A DNA stretch of 64,000 bases from assembly GCA_951406725.2 (NCBI GenBank), contig OX597836.1:9424001-9488000 (forward strand). The letters run 5' to 3'. The translations under genes and the position numbers were made by a program. Every line of letters starts with the position of its first letter. The first letter of the stretch is position 1. Positions 11,119 to 22,310 of this stretch are shown here, piece after piece. The notes under the pieces are model-generated. The model worked only from the letters and a program-made list of their open reading frames with translations. It had not been told where the DNA came from and made no database searches. The DNA comes from Octopus vulgaris (lineage: Eukaryota).

Positions 11119-12306
11119 ATTCGAGTTCTTGGATTCATTGCTGTGGTCAGCAGCTTCTTTCTACTGTTTGACTGGAACCAATATTCTGTGAATAAAGAAT
11201 ATACAGGGACAACATTAAACAAACACAACCAAAAGTTTATAAATAATTCTAAGGAATTTCCAAATAATCAAGTGCATCATATAAATAACAAAACTGTAAG
11301 CAAAGAGAAACAGGAATTGGTTCAGTTAAACAACAAAACTAAATATATTATTTATTACTGTGTTAATAATATAGAGTGTGGCGGTTGGGGAGATAGGCAG
11401 CATGGAATAGTCTCTGTATATTTAATGGCACAGGCCATGGGTCGTCGTTTTGGCATCATTATTTCAAAACCTTGTAATTTTGCAAAATATTTTCAACCAA
11501 ACAAAATTAACTGGACAATTGACCCAAAAGAGTTGCATGGCCTAAAAAGTCGTCACCTACGTTTGACTCGAGATAAAGGGTACATATCTGCTTTACGATC
11601 AGTAGACTTAGAAAGACGCCACCCTCAAAATGTCCTCTATGTGACAACAAATTATATCTATTTTCACAGCTTAATAGAGAATCCTCGCTACAAAAAACAA
11701 CTTCTTTGGTCATCACAAATGCCATATGGAAATGTATTTGCTAAAATAATGAATTTAATGTTTCGATTCAATGATCATTTTCAAGAAGCGTTTGACAAAT
11801 TCTTTGAAGTCAATATCCCCAACCCAAATATGCATTTGGTGTGTGCTCAGATTCGAATTGGACGGAACCCCACAATGCCACATGATGACCGAAGGATGTC
11901 AATGTCAAGTGTTCAATCTCTCTGGAACTTCTTAAGTAAATACAAAAACACCAGCAAGTACAAAATGTTTGTGACAACAGACTCAGTAGAGGTACAGAAG
12001 ATAGCTTTAAAAAAATTTTCTCCTCAAATCGTGTACAACCCTGGGAAAATACTTCATGTGGATGAACGAAATCGAAAGGGGAAAAATAGGTGTGAAGGTA
12101 TATGGAAGGTCATTATGGACCAACATATTCTGACTAAATGTGATACGTTGATAATAAGCCGAAGTAATTTTGGTGAAAATGCTATGATGATGAGCCAAAA
12201 AGACAACAAAGTGTATTATTTTAAAGAAGGAAATATAACAAGGATCGACAAAAAAAATTTTTTCGTAACAGGTAAAATACTTGGTTGTGAGACAGGATTT
12301 TTTTGA
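11119..12306 (+). CDS. Large coding exon of a type II membrane fucosyltransferase-superfamily glycosyltransferase (GT-B; alpha-1,2/alpha-1,6/O-FucT-like), copy 1; start exon not found
   Basis: Polypyrimidine+AG acceptor at 11101-11118; frame reads IRVLGFIAVVSSFFLLF (TM), Asn-rich stem, CGGWGDRQHGI, CAQIRIG, MFVTTDS, DQHILTKCDTLIISRSNFG; AATAAA at ~12393 and ~12495. Confidence 0.8.
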   Translation: MRVLGFIAVVSSFFLLFDWNQYSVNKEYTGTTLNKHNQKFINNSKEFPNNQVHHINNKTVSKEKQELVQLNNKTKYIIYYCVNNIECGGWGDRQHGIVSVYLMAQAMGRRFGIIISKPCNFAKYFQPNKINWTIDPKELHGLKSRHLRLTRDKGYISALRSVDLERRHPQNVLYVTTNYIYFHSLIENPRYKKQLLWSSQMPYGNVFAKIMNLMFRFNDHFQEAFDKFFEVNIPNPNMHLVCAQIRIGRNPTMPHDDRRMSMSSVQSLWNFLSKYKNTSKYKMFVTTDSVEVQKIALKKFSPQIVYNPGKILHVDERNRKGKNRCEGIWKVIMDQHILTKCDTLIISRSNFGENAMMMSQKDNKVYYFKEGNITRIDKKNFFVTGKILGCETGFF

Positions 12307-12547
12307 CACCCAGAATCTGAAAGTGACATCCATGTATCATCATCATGTCAAGATCTTAAGATACTGGATGCATAGAATTTCATTGGTCTTTCAATAAAAC
12401 AGCTTATGAGGAATAAGGTATAACATACAAACATACATAGCAATTGATTTTCCTTCAAAACCAGAATGTTTTCTTGAAATTCTACTGAAGAACTAATAAA
12501 AATCTTCAAATTACTATAGGCAAATTATATCATTTACATATGCCCAC

Positions 12548-12620
12548 GGGCATATAGTGTAAGGGTTTTGAGCATGAGCTATTAACCCCAAGATTCCAAG
12601 TTCGATTCCAGGCAGTGACC
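12548..12620 (+). mobile_element. Degenerate tRNA-like SINE head
   Basis: TAGTGTAAGGG (A box-like) and AGTTCGATTCC (B box-like). Confidence 0.45.
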
Positions 12621-12629
12621 CAAGAAACA

Positions 12630-13260
12630 CAATTTCTAGTTAACTAAACACTTTAAAACTTCGTATACTGGTAGAATTATTTTCACTTGGCTTTCTTGAT
12701 AAATTTGTAATCCGTTTGTTTAACGTAGTTTAATTTTTCGAATTTTAACCAATCCTATGCTCTCTTTTGAGCTAAAATCATTTGCTGCATCTAAAACTGA
12801 GACAACATCCTGTAACCCTCCCCTCCCCCTAACCCTAAATCTTTTTTTTCTTAATTGTTAAATTAATTTGTTACGCGTGTAAAAAAAAAACTAAAGCAAT
12901 GGAAAATAATTTGGATCTTTTCCTTTTGATGGACGGAATTTTCTAGTTAACTAAACAATTTGAAACTTCGTATACTGGTAGAATGTGTCAAAAGAAAACA
13001 TTAATTTCACTTAGCTTTTTTGAGAAAATTGTATTTTGTAAGTTTTAGGTAGTTTAATTCTTCGAATTTTAACCAATCGTATTCTCTGTTTTGAGCTGAA
13101 ATCATTTTCCACGTCTAAACATACTGTTACTGTGACATAAACAGCTATTTTGTGACGTAGTTAACGTAAACAGTTAAATTCGTTTGAAAAGCTTGACATC
13201 CTAAACAGCTAAATTCGTTTGGAAAGCCTAAAATTAGTGTTTAAATTATTTTCCATTGTT
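12630..13260. repeat. Unclassified repeat with ~170-bp internal direct duplication
   Basis: TTTCTAGTTAACTAAACA..AAACTTCGTATACTGGTAGAAT block at ~12633 and ~12940. Confidence 0.6.
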
Positions 13261-14359
13261 TGCATTGCTTTATAGAATTTGAAAGTTATTCGTTTTGTAT
13301 AAAATTATTATTCATTTTGTTTGTGTTTATGTTTGTGCATGCCTTGTTATGGTTTATGTTAGGGTTACGTAAAATTCGTTTGTACATTCCCTGTTGGTCT
13401 ATTTCATATCACTTTTTTATCAACTACGTATAACTTCTTACATCATAAATTATTACTTAATCAAATTAATGTATATCTTTGTGTGTGTGTGTAGAGAGCG
13501 ATCATTGCATGCGTCTGTCTACCATAGTCGTGTGTAGCACTTTAATTTTCTCTCTCTCTTTCTCCTTTTATAAATATATATGTGCACAACAAACATGCCT
13601 ACACACGTACTGTTTACTTTGGATGAATAATAAACACATATTCAGTGTTTTTGTATAGGCTTCGGGTGTTTTCTCTATACAATGTATATATTTACTATAA
13701 ACTTGTGCACACGCTTTGATTCTTCAGTTTGACACACGCTTTGATTCAGTTATTTGGCTTGTATGCACCCACATACACACACACGTACCCATCCATACGC
13801 ATACTCGCACATAATCAGGGCCCCTCTGTATTTTCGCTCGTCGATGTGCTAGGAATAACACCCAAATCCCCTTAAAACCATATACTACTGGGTTAAAGGA
13901 AGGGTACATTGGCTAATATAATCATAGATGCTATATCTGAAAAAAAATGGGGGGAGGGGCACAAAAATACGGGTTGGTCATAGTTGGAACCCTTTGATCC
14001 TCAACCGGGTTTACCAGGATGACCTGAGTTAAATAGCAATAACAATATATTTGTAATATTGGTTATAGACACAAAGCATATATTTTGGGGTGAGTGGAGG
14101 GTATAATCATTTATAACGATCTCCAATTCTTGATCGATGTATTTTCTCAACTGTGGAAGAACAGACGGCTTGTTTTGAATTCTGGTGAGGGTTGAAACCC
14201 GAACGTATAGGACCATATCCCTAAACATTCTAACAGTCCTTTACCAAGCCCTTGTCAGCATGTAATATCATCTGATCCACATTATCTCTCTATTATTTGT
14301 CCACGTGTAAAAATATATCATCAAGGTGACATAGTTAAACTTTGACGAAAAAATATAAT

Positions 14360-14740
14360 GTAAAGCTGGCAGAATCGGTAGTGCATCGGATAAAATGCCT
14401 AACGTCATTTCTTACGAATCTTTACGTTCCGTGTTCGAATATTGCTGAGCTTTCCTTCTTTCGGGCGGCGCTTATAGAATAAGTACCAGTTGAATACAAT
14501 CGACTAGTTCTTCCCATCAGCTTCAGGCCTTGTACTTACTGGGGAAAGAAATATTATTAAGGAAGGGGGTGGGGCAAGCTGGCAAAATCGTTCGTGCGTC
14601 GGACAAAATACCTTGTGGCATTTCTTCCGACACTTCACATTACCGTCGTCGTCAACTTTACCTTTCATGATCAATTAAGTACCAGTCAATGTAATCGATT
14701 AAGCCCTCCTCCCAAATTGTTGGTCTTGTGCCAAAATTTT
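14360..14740 (+). mobile_element. Two tandem degenerate SINE fragments
   Basis: AGCTGGCAGAATCG..AAGTACCAGT motif pair repeated at 14365 and 14577. Confidence 0.6.
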
Positions 14741-15019
14741 GTGCAATTTTATTTTTTATATCGAAACTAAATATATAGTTTTAGCTCTCAAGGTGAACTC
14801 CAAGCAATTACCTATGATGAAAGGTATTCTAGGTTTGACCATCCCAAGTGTGACACCTACTCCAAAGGCACGATGAAGTGGTGGGCAGTTAAAATGTTTT
14901 AAAACGTAGATTTTTCAGAAAAATAAGATTTAATGCGAATTACATGTATTTTAGAGTGACGATGTCTTGCAAACAACTTGCACATGCAAGTGCTACCAGT
15001 TAAAAGCTCCATATACCGG

Positions 15020-16890
15020 AAGCTATCAAGTGTATGGGGTCATCAGGAGAGAATGCGCGCCGTTTCGGGGCCTACCTCATGACAGCATCAATGCGCACCG
15101 GCCCCCCTCACTGATATGAGGCCCCGCTTGCTAGATCAGCTGGTTATGAAGAACTCAATATACTTCTAGCCATCGCTCATCGTCTCTTTTTAGCCAAATC
15201 CAGTGGCTAGCCTTCTCCACTGTAGATTGGATATCAGTCATGATGGTATTGACTTTACGATGAGTTAGGCCTAGCGATAACAACAGTCGTCTCACGCTGT
15301 GTCCAATAAACTCTCTACATCCGACTTCGATAGGAAAAAGTTCAGCTTTCTACCCTGCGTCTTCACATTTCTCGAGGAGGTTTTCATAACGGTTCAATTT
15401 TCGAGCCCGAGCGGCGTCCATATTATCTTCATGAGGAACCGTTAGCTCGACTATATTTACAACTTTCTTTCTTCCACACCACATCAAAATATCTGGTTTT
15501 TTCGAAACTGGGATGGGAAAGAAAACCTGGCACCCAGGTAAATCTGCAGTTACCTCCCAATAGCCGTTCCACTTTTCATTTTTCTCAAGAAGTTTCTTGA
15601 TCTTCTTCTTGAAACGGATCCGCTGATCTGGTCGCACGAAGGTAATGAAATCTCTTGATGGTACTTTCAACGATTTTTCCTCAGTGTTGTTGAGATGAAT
15701 TTGGTTCTTTATAGCATTGAAGATAACCTTAAGGACCAAGTTGTGCCTCCATGTGTATCTGTTCAATGCTAATGAACAGTTGGAAAGAATATGTTTTAGT
15801 GTACCGACCTTTCCACATTTACAGATGTCATTCTCTAAGACGTTCCATCTTACTAGATTCGTAGGTGATGGCAAAACATCATAAGACGAACAAATGAGGA
15901 AACTCAGCCGAGATGTCGTCCACTTCCACATCTCATCCCAACTTATCTTCCTCTCAACAACATGTTCTTCACATCTCGTCATCTGACCTTGATGAACACA
16001 TCGGATCAAATGAAGCTCTCTTCTCTCTGCTTCTCTTGTTTTGACGCTGTTGCTAACAACAGATCTGCGTTCACTCCGCATCATGCTTGCAAACGGTCTG
16101 AACTGATCTGCGCCAAAACCAAGTCCTTTCCAATGGTTCTGCATTGCTCCCACCATATCTCTGTGTATAAGAGAAGACAAGATGTCGTCAGTTTCTGCTT
16201 CTGCTTTCCACTTCCTGGCTGTTTTCACCTCTGGTGGGTTACGCCTGATTTCCATATCCTTCGATTCTCTCAGCATCATGACCGTCCGTATCTTCCCCAG
16301 CTTATATATTTCGACTATTGATGCTATTGGTAGCTGCAACGAACCTCTTTTACGATAAAGAGCTGAGCTGTTCAACATACGAGGTAGACCTAGCCACTTT
16401 CTAATGAACACATTACATTTTTGTTCAATCCTTTCAACTCGTGACAAAGCTATTTCGTATATTAAAAGTGGCCACGCAAGTCGCGGGTACAAGCCGAACT
16501 GCAAGCACCAAATTTTATATTTACCTGGTAACTTCGAAACATCAATCGCTGATAACCCAGCCTCGGCCTGTTTCATAATTTCAATCCCACAACTTCTGTC
16601 TGACAATGTTCCAGTGTATACTCATCCCAAGCTCTTGACGGGCTCTTCCCCGTTGGAACGCTTTCTTCAGATATTTGAAACTTAAATTCTTTCTGCACTC
16701 CCTTAACAAATGTCAGACTACGCGACTTTTTTTGCTCTAAATCGCATCCTTGACCACCTTACAAGTTCGTATAATCTCAAGAGGGCATTCTGCATGATTT
16801 GTTTATCTGTAGCTAGAAGTGTCATGTCATCCATGAAGGCTTTCTTAGGCGATTGTACATGGGTGAAACCCCTCCAAAAATTTACCATCG
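15020..16890 (-). mobile_element. 5'-truncated non-LTR retrotransposon with restriction-like endonuclease (HERO-like), copy 1
   Basis: KAFMDD RT motif near 16830; ORF 15350-16606 with CxC..HILSNC zinc knuckle, YTWRHN, PDILMW..VELTVPHE. Confidence 0.85.
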
Positions 16891-18029
16891 AAATATCATT
16901 TTATTCTCGACAGCTATTTTGAAAGCCCGCCGTATTTTTATTATTATTCTGTCTGTTTAGGACTTTGTTATATGGGACGGTGGATTTTGAAGCATATATG
17001 ACTGCTATTTCTCGCTGGTTCGGAAGATAAACACCGAACTAGAGCACCTTTAATTAGTCATATAAAAGTAAAACCTGAAGCATTCAGCAATGGTCTGGAA
17101 GCGGTGGGGGTAATTGCTTCCTCTCTGAGAAAAGCAAAAAATTCACCAACCTCCTACGGTACCCAATAAAACTTTGAAACTTGTTTTCTCAGTTTCATTG
17201 AAGTTGTTCATGGTTAGTTAACTTTCATAAAATATTCTATTTATTTGGCTAATATCAGCAACAAGCGAAAACAAAAATTTTTTAAATTGTAGGAATGGAT
17301 CTTTGCCTTTGCATTCCTTCTGAGACAAAAGGCAAGAGCTGTGCCTTCAAAACTGGTAAGATTGACGTAGTTGATCTTGAATAAAATGTGTGGATGGCTG
17401 CAGAGGAAATAACATGGACAAGGGAATTTCAGAAGGCTGACAATCTGGTAAGAAAGAATTTAATGCTTAGTTTGCAGGTGAATTACACGCTACGTGATCT
17501 TCGAGCCTTTTGTCGCCAGATGCTGTAACATAGTTTGTATCCAATATAGTAGTACCACCACTATTGCGATTATGGCCTAAAATATGTGGTACCAGTGTGA
17601 TAAAATAAGATAATGCAGCAGCAATAACAATGTAACTATCTCTCAAGAACCAACAAATATTCCAAATGAACAAACCAACCCACACTCTCGAACTTCATTA
17701 TGAAATAACACAAACTATATACACTCTCTCGGTTCAGTCCATTCCTCACAAGAGGGTACCTTGACTCTCATCACAACACTGAGAGTGTAAGAGGTGACTT
17801 AAGGTTACTAACTTTGTTCTGCCGACAAATTTCCATTTATTTATTCTTAAGCTTCTCTTACTACTGGAAACCACCTCTGCCTGGTACTGGCATTTATGTG
17901 AACAATGTAGTCAATTGACAAGTATCAAATGCCACAATACATAAATTCCTTATTTATTAAAATTATTTTCAATTGTAGAAGTATCATAATTACTAAATGG
18001 TAATCGATTAGCATATTCAGGGCCATTTA

Positions 18030-19692
18030 GTCACCTACCAATCTGGTAGACACACTAGTCAAATTGACTACATCCTCACTAGGAAACAGGAAAGACGACT
18101 ACTTGTAAATGCCCAAACCTTCCCAGGTGAAGAATGTACCCCACAACATAGATTAGCAGTTAGCGACTTCAGGATCAGGGCTAAATGGATGCCCAGAAGA
18201 CGTCCAGAATGGAGGAGAAGGGTCTGGAAGCTTAAGGATCCTGCAAAAAGAGATTGAGAGACATTACTCAAAGCTGTGGAAACAACTGGAGGTTTCTACA
18301 GGACAACCTTTTGGGGGCTAGAGACCAGATCTGTGGATGGTGCAAAGTCTCCTCTCAACCTAAGGTAACGTGGTGGTGGAACAATGTTGTTGACAGGGCT
18401 AGTAAGGAAAAGAAACAGGCTTTGAAGGACTGGAAGACCGGTGATAGCAGGGAATTGTATCAGACTGCCGAAAAGGAAGCTAGGAGGCAGGTTTATTTGG
18501 CCCAAGGGGAAGCAGATAAGGAAAAATTTGCCAATGTTCTGCGCCATGATGACCAAAGACTTGAAGTATTTTCCTGTTGCCAGACAGCATGTGAGAGAGA
18601 ATCGCGATGTCCTAGGAGAGAAATGTGTCCTCATGGGTGACGGTTCATTTGCTTTAAGCGAAGCTGCAAAGAGACAGGTTTGGAGATGCCATTGTGAAAG
18701 TTTGCGAAATAAAGTGAATGAATGTGAGAAAGAGAGTCTGCCGAATGCCGGCCCAACAGAGGGAACAGCTATCTATCTAAATTGACAGTGCCTTGGTAGG
18801 TAAAGCAATTAAGGGTATGAAGACAGGGAAAGCCCCCAGACAATCAGGAATCATCACAGAGATGCTCAAAATATCTGGCGGTGTCGGCTATAGCCTAGTC
18901 AACCAGGTGATACATGAAGGAGTCATACCCAATGACTGGTGTAGCAGCACCATAGTCAACTGCTAACAAAGATAAAGGTGACGCATTAGATACAAATAAT
19001 TACAGAGGTATCAAGTTGTTGGATCAGGTAATGAAGGTCACGGAGAGGGTCATAGCCCAAGTAATTAAGGAGAGAGGCAGTCTAGATGAGATGCAGTTTC
19101 GGTTCGTGCCAGGGGAAAGTACCACTGATGCTATATTTCTGATAAGACAGATGCAGGAGAAATAGCTAGTCCAAGATAAAACTCTGTACCTGGCTTTCAT
19201 TGACAGGGTCCCCCGATCCCCTATCTGGTGGTCAATGAGGAGACTAGGGATGGATGAATGCTTATTGAGAGCTGTACAAGCCATGTACAGTTAGGTGACG
19301 GTTGGCAACGAGTACAGTGAAGAATATCGGGTAGGGGTAAGGGTCAACCTAAGATCAGTCCTCAGCCCCCTCTTATTCATTATAGTCCTCCAGGCAATAA
19401 CAGAGGAATTCAAGACAGGCTGCTCCTCGATGCTGATGACCTTGCACTAGTAGCAGAGTCACTGCCGGAACTGGAGCCAAAGGTTAGGGCGTGGAAGCAA
19501 AGTCTAGAATTGAATGGCCTTAGGGTTAACCTAGCCAAAACCAAAGTTTTAGTTAGTGTGCAGGCTGTCAAATCACAAACTCCTCTGTAGAAAAGGCATT
19601 GGTAGAAACTCCATAAGATGCACCCGGTGTAAGCTATGGACACATAAAAGGTGCAGCAATATCAAAGGAAGGTTAACTGGGAAAATTATTTT
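18030..19692 (+). mobile_element. Older decayed RTE LINE fragment (duplicate at ~50935-52596)
   Basis: DYILTRK, VTWWWN, NYRGIKLLDQVMKVTER, CTRCKLWTHKRC; many stops and deletions. Confidence 0.9.
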
Positions 19693-19784
19693 CCCTTTCA
19701 TTTTTATTTACTTTTTTAAACACCCTAAACTGAAAGATTACCTTAACGCCTCTCCCTAAACACAATAAAATTATCGCCTATATA

Positions 19785-19960
19785 TCTTTTACTTGTTTTA
19801 GCTTATGGACTGCAATCATATTTGGGGCATCGCCTCCCAATATTTATCGCTTAAAGGCCTGACGCTTGTCCTATCGGCCGTTTGTGTCGAACCTCTAAGT
19901 TACGGGGGTGTAAACAAACCAACTCGGTTGTCAAGCGGTGGTGGGCTGACAAACACAAAT
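19785..19960 (-). mobile_element. SINE 3' fragment
   Basis: Reverse complement resembles 30265-30465. Confidence 0.6.
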
Positions 19961-20062
19961 ACACATTTATATCACCTTCACCAACCAGTCTATCGGGCGT
20001 CCATTTCACACCGCTGTCCTCTCTTCTCTGGAACCCGCCTTCCTCAAGAACACATTGGTACT

Positions 20063-20242
20063 ACTAGCTAGTCGTGACTAGTCGATCCTACAACGACTAC
20101 CTAGCAAAGTAAATAAAACACGAAATAAATAATTTGTTTACTTTTGTTAAAGTAAATAAAACACAAAATAAATAATTTTTAAAACAAAGTAAATAACACA
20201 CAAAAACACAAAGTAAGGATCGACTAGTCATGACTAGCTAGT
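20063..20242. repeat. Foldback element: 27-bp inverted arms around AAAGTAAATAAAACAC repeats
   Basis: ACTAGCTAGTCGTGACTAGTCGATCCT ... AGGATCGACTAGTCATGACTAGCTAGT. Confidence 0.75.
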
Positions 20243-21206
20243 GCCGATGCGCGAGTACGCGAGTGCGCGCACCGGAACCACTGTTCTCAAGTAGTACGGG
20301 ACACATTTATATACATAGAATAAATACCAGACTTTAGAATATAAGCGCCGTAGTCGATTTAATCAACTGAATCATTGAAAATGGTGACTCCAGCATGGTC
20401 GTACTTGCAACAAGTAAAAGCTAAGAGGATATCAAAATGATTCCCCTTGCAATGCAAAGTCACCTCCCTTACATTATATTCCTTCTTTTCTTCTCATGGA
20501 TTCCGGCAAAATTTTTTGAGTTGCCTTGAAAATAATCAGTTACCGTAAATCCTCGAGTATAGTCCGCCCTTGAGTATAATATGCAGGGGATTTTTAGGGG
20601 GCTGTACCTCTGAAAAACCTAAACCTTGTGTATAATACGCGCCCCTTCTCTAACTTGAGTCAAGGAGGTCTATATAACGTCCTTGATTTGTAAAACTGTA
20701 TACGGTAACGTCCTTAATTATTATTGTATATGTAACATAATGCAAACGTGTAGCTTTTTTATGCATTTTGTTTGCAGAAAATAAAGAAATAACAGTAATA
20801 GCGTTTAATAAATGTTGCTTACTGTAAGTTATGGATGATTCTTTTATGACTTCATTGCTTTCAGGCTTAGCTTAAGGTATTTTCGCGCCCAACATCACAA
20901 AATGCATCTGAATAAACATTGCCGGATAGCAAATAGAGACTCAGACATTGCTTAGAAAATAATTTTCATTTTTAACCTCGTATATAGTACGCACTAGGGA
21001 TTTTGGCCTTTAAATTTTGGGGAAAAAAATGCGGATTATAGGCGCAGGAGTGGCTGTGTGGTAAGTAGCTTGTTTACCAGCCACATGGTTCCGGGTTCAG
21101 TCCCACTGCGTGGCACCTTGGGCAAGTGTCTTCTACTATAGCCTCGGGCTGACCAAAGCCTTTTCAGTGGATTTGGTAGACGGAAACTGAAAGAAGCCCG
21201 TCTTAT

Positions 21207-21450
21207 ATCATCATCATCATCATCATCATTTAACGTCCGTTTTCCGCGCTAGCACGGGTTGGACGGTTTCGACCGGGGTCTGGGGAGCTCGGGACTGCCC
21301 CAGGCTCCAGTCTAGTCTGGCAGTGTTTCTACAGCTGGATGCCCTTCCTAACGCCAACCACTCCGCGAGTGTAGTGGGTGTTTTTTACGTGCCACCTGCA
21401 CAGGTGCCAGAGGGGTCTGGCATCGGCCACGTTCGGATGGTGCTTTTTAT
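21207..21450 (-). mobile_element. RTE 3' UTR end with (GAT)n tail
   Basis: (ATC)n followed by reverse complement of the RTE 3' UTR seen at 8050-8276 and 33700-33945. Confidence 0.9.
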
Positions 21451-22237
21451 GGGGGGGGGGTGCAGAAATATAGGGGAGCACCAGTGGGAGGGATGGTTCA
21501 GAGGACAGGTACTAGGCAAGTAGAACGTAGGATACCGAGAGAGGGGTAATGCATGGTGAAATAGCGTATTGAAGAGGGGGCTTCAAATAGTAGACACCTA
21601 TAATGGTGGTGGGGGGTGCAGAAATATAGGGGAGCACCAGTGGTAGGGGGTGGTTCAGAGGACAGGTTCTAGGCAAGTAGAACGTAGGATATCGAGAGAG
21701 GGGTAATGCATGGTGAAATAGCGTATTGAAGAGGGGGGTTCAAAGAGTAGACACCTATAATGGTGGTGGGGGGTGCAGAAATATAGGGGAGCACCAGTGG
21801 GAGGGGTGGTTCAGAGGACAGGTTCTAGGCAAGTAGAACGTAGGATATCGAGAGAGGGGTAATGTATGGTGAAATAGCGTATTGAAGAGGGGGTTCAAAG
21901 AGTAGACACCTATAATGGTGGTGGGGGGATGCAGAAATATAGGGGAGCACCAGTGGGAGGGGTGGTTCAGAGGACAGGTTCTAGGCAAGTAGAACGTAGG
22001 ATATCGAGAGAGGGGTAATGCATGGTGAAATAGCGTATTGAAGAGGGGGGTTCAAAGAGTAGACACCTATAATGGTGGTGGGGGGTGCAGAAATATAGGG
22101 GAGCACCAGTGGGAGGGGTGGTTCAGAGGACAGGTTCTAGGCAAGTAGAACGTAGGATATCGAGAGAGGGGTAATGCATGGTGAAATAGCGTATTGAAGA
22201 GGGGGTTCAAAGAGTAGACACCTATAATGGTGGTGGG
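21451..22237. repeat. G-rich tandem repeat, 5 x ~156 bp
   Basis: TGCAGAAATA recurs at 21461, 21617, 21774, 21930, 22086. Confidence 0.95.
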
Positions 22238-22310
22238 AGAAACGACATCCGGTATAGTTGGAGCAAAATAGAGATATTCGGTATTGGTGGTGGGGGTGGG
22301 TAGGGCGGGC

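Noticed and set aside
11143-11145. GTG as start codon, or a bacterial/HGT origin of the glycosyltransferase
   Set aside because: The frame extends to a clear splice acceptor and encodes a type II TM anchor; nothing supports a prokaryotic gene
17290-17640. Possible very old LINE 3' remnant
   Set aside because: Only faint motif resemblance; cannot be supported
21041-21115. tRNA gene
   Set aside because: A/B boxes only, no clean cloverleaf; continuous with SINE body and present in several decayed copies
21755-21988. ORF in the 156-bp repeat
   Set aside because: Frame is broken by G-run length changes between monomers; no recognisable domain
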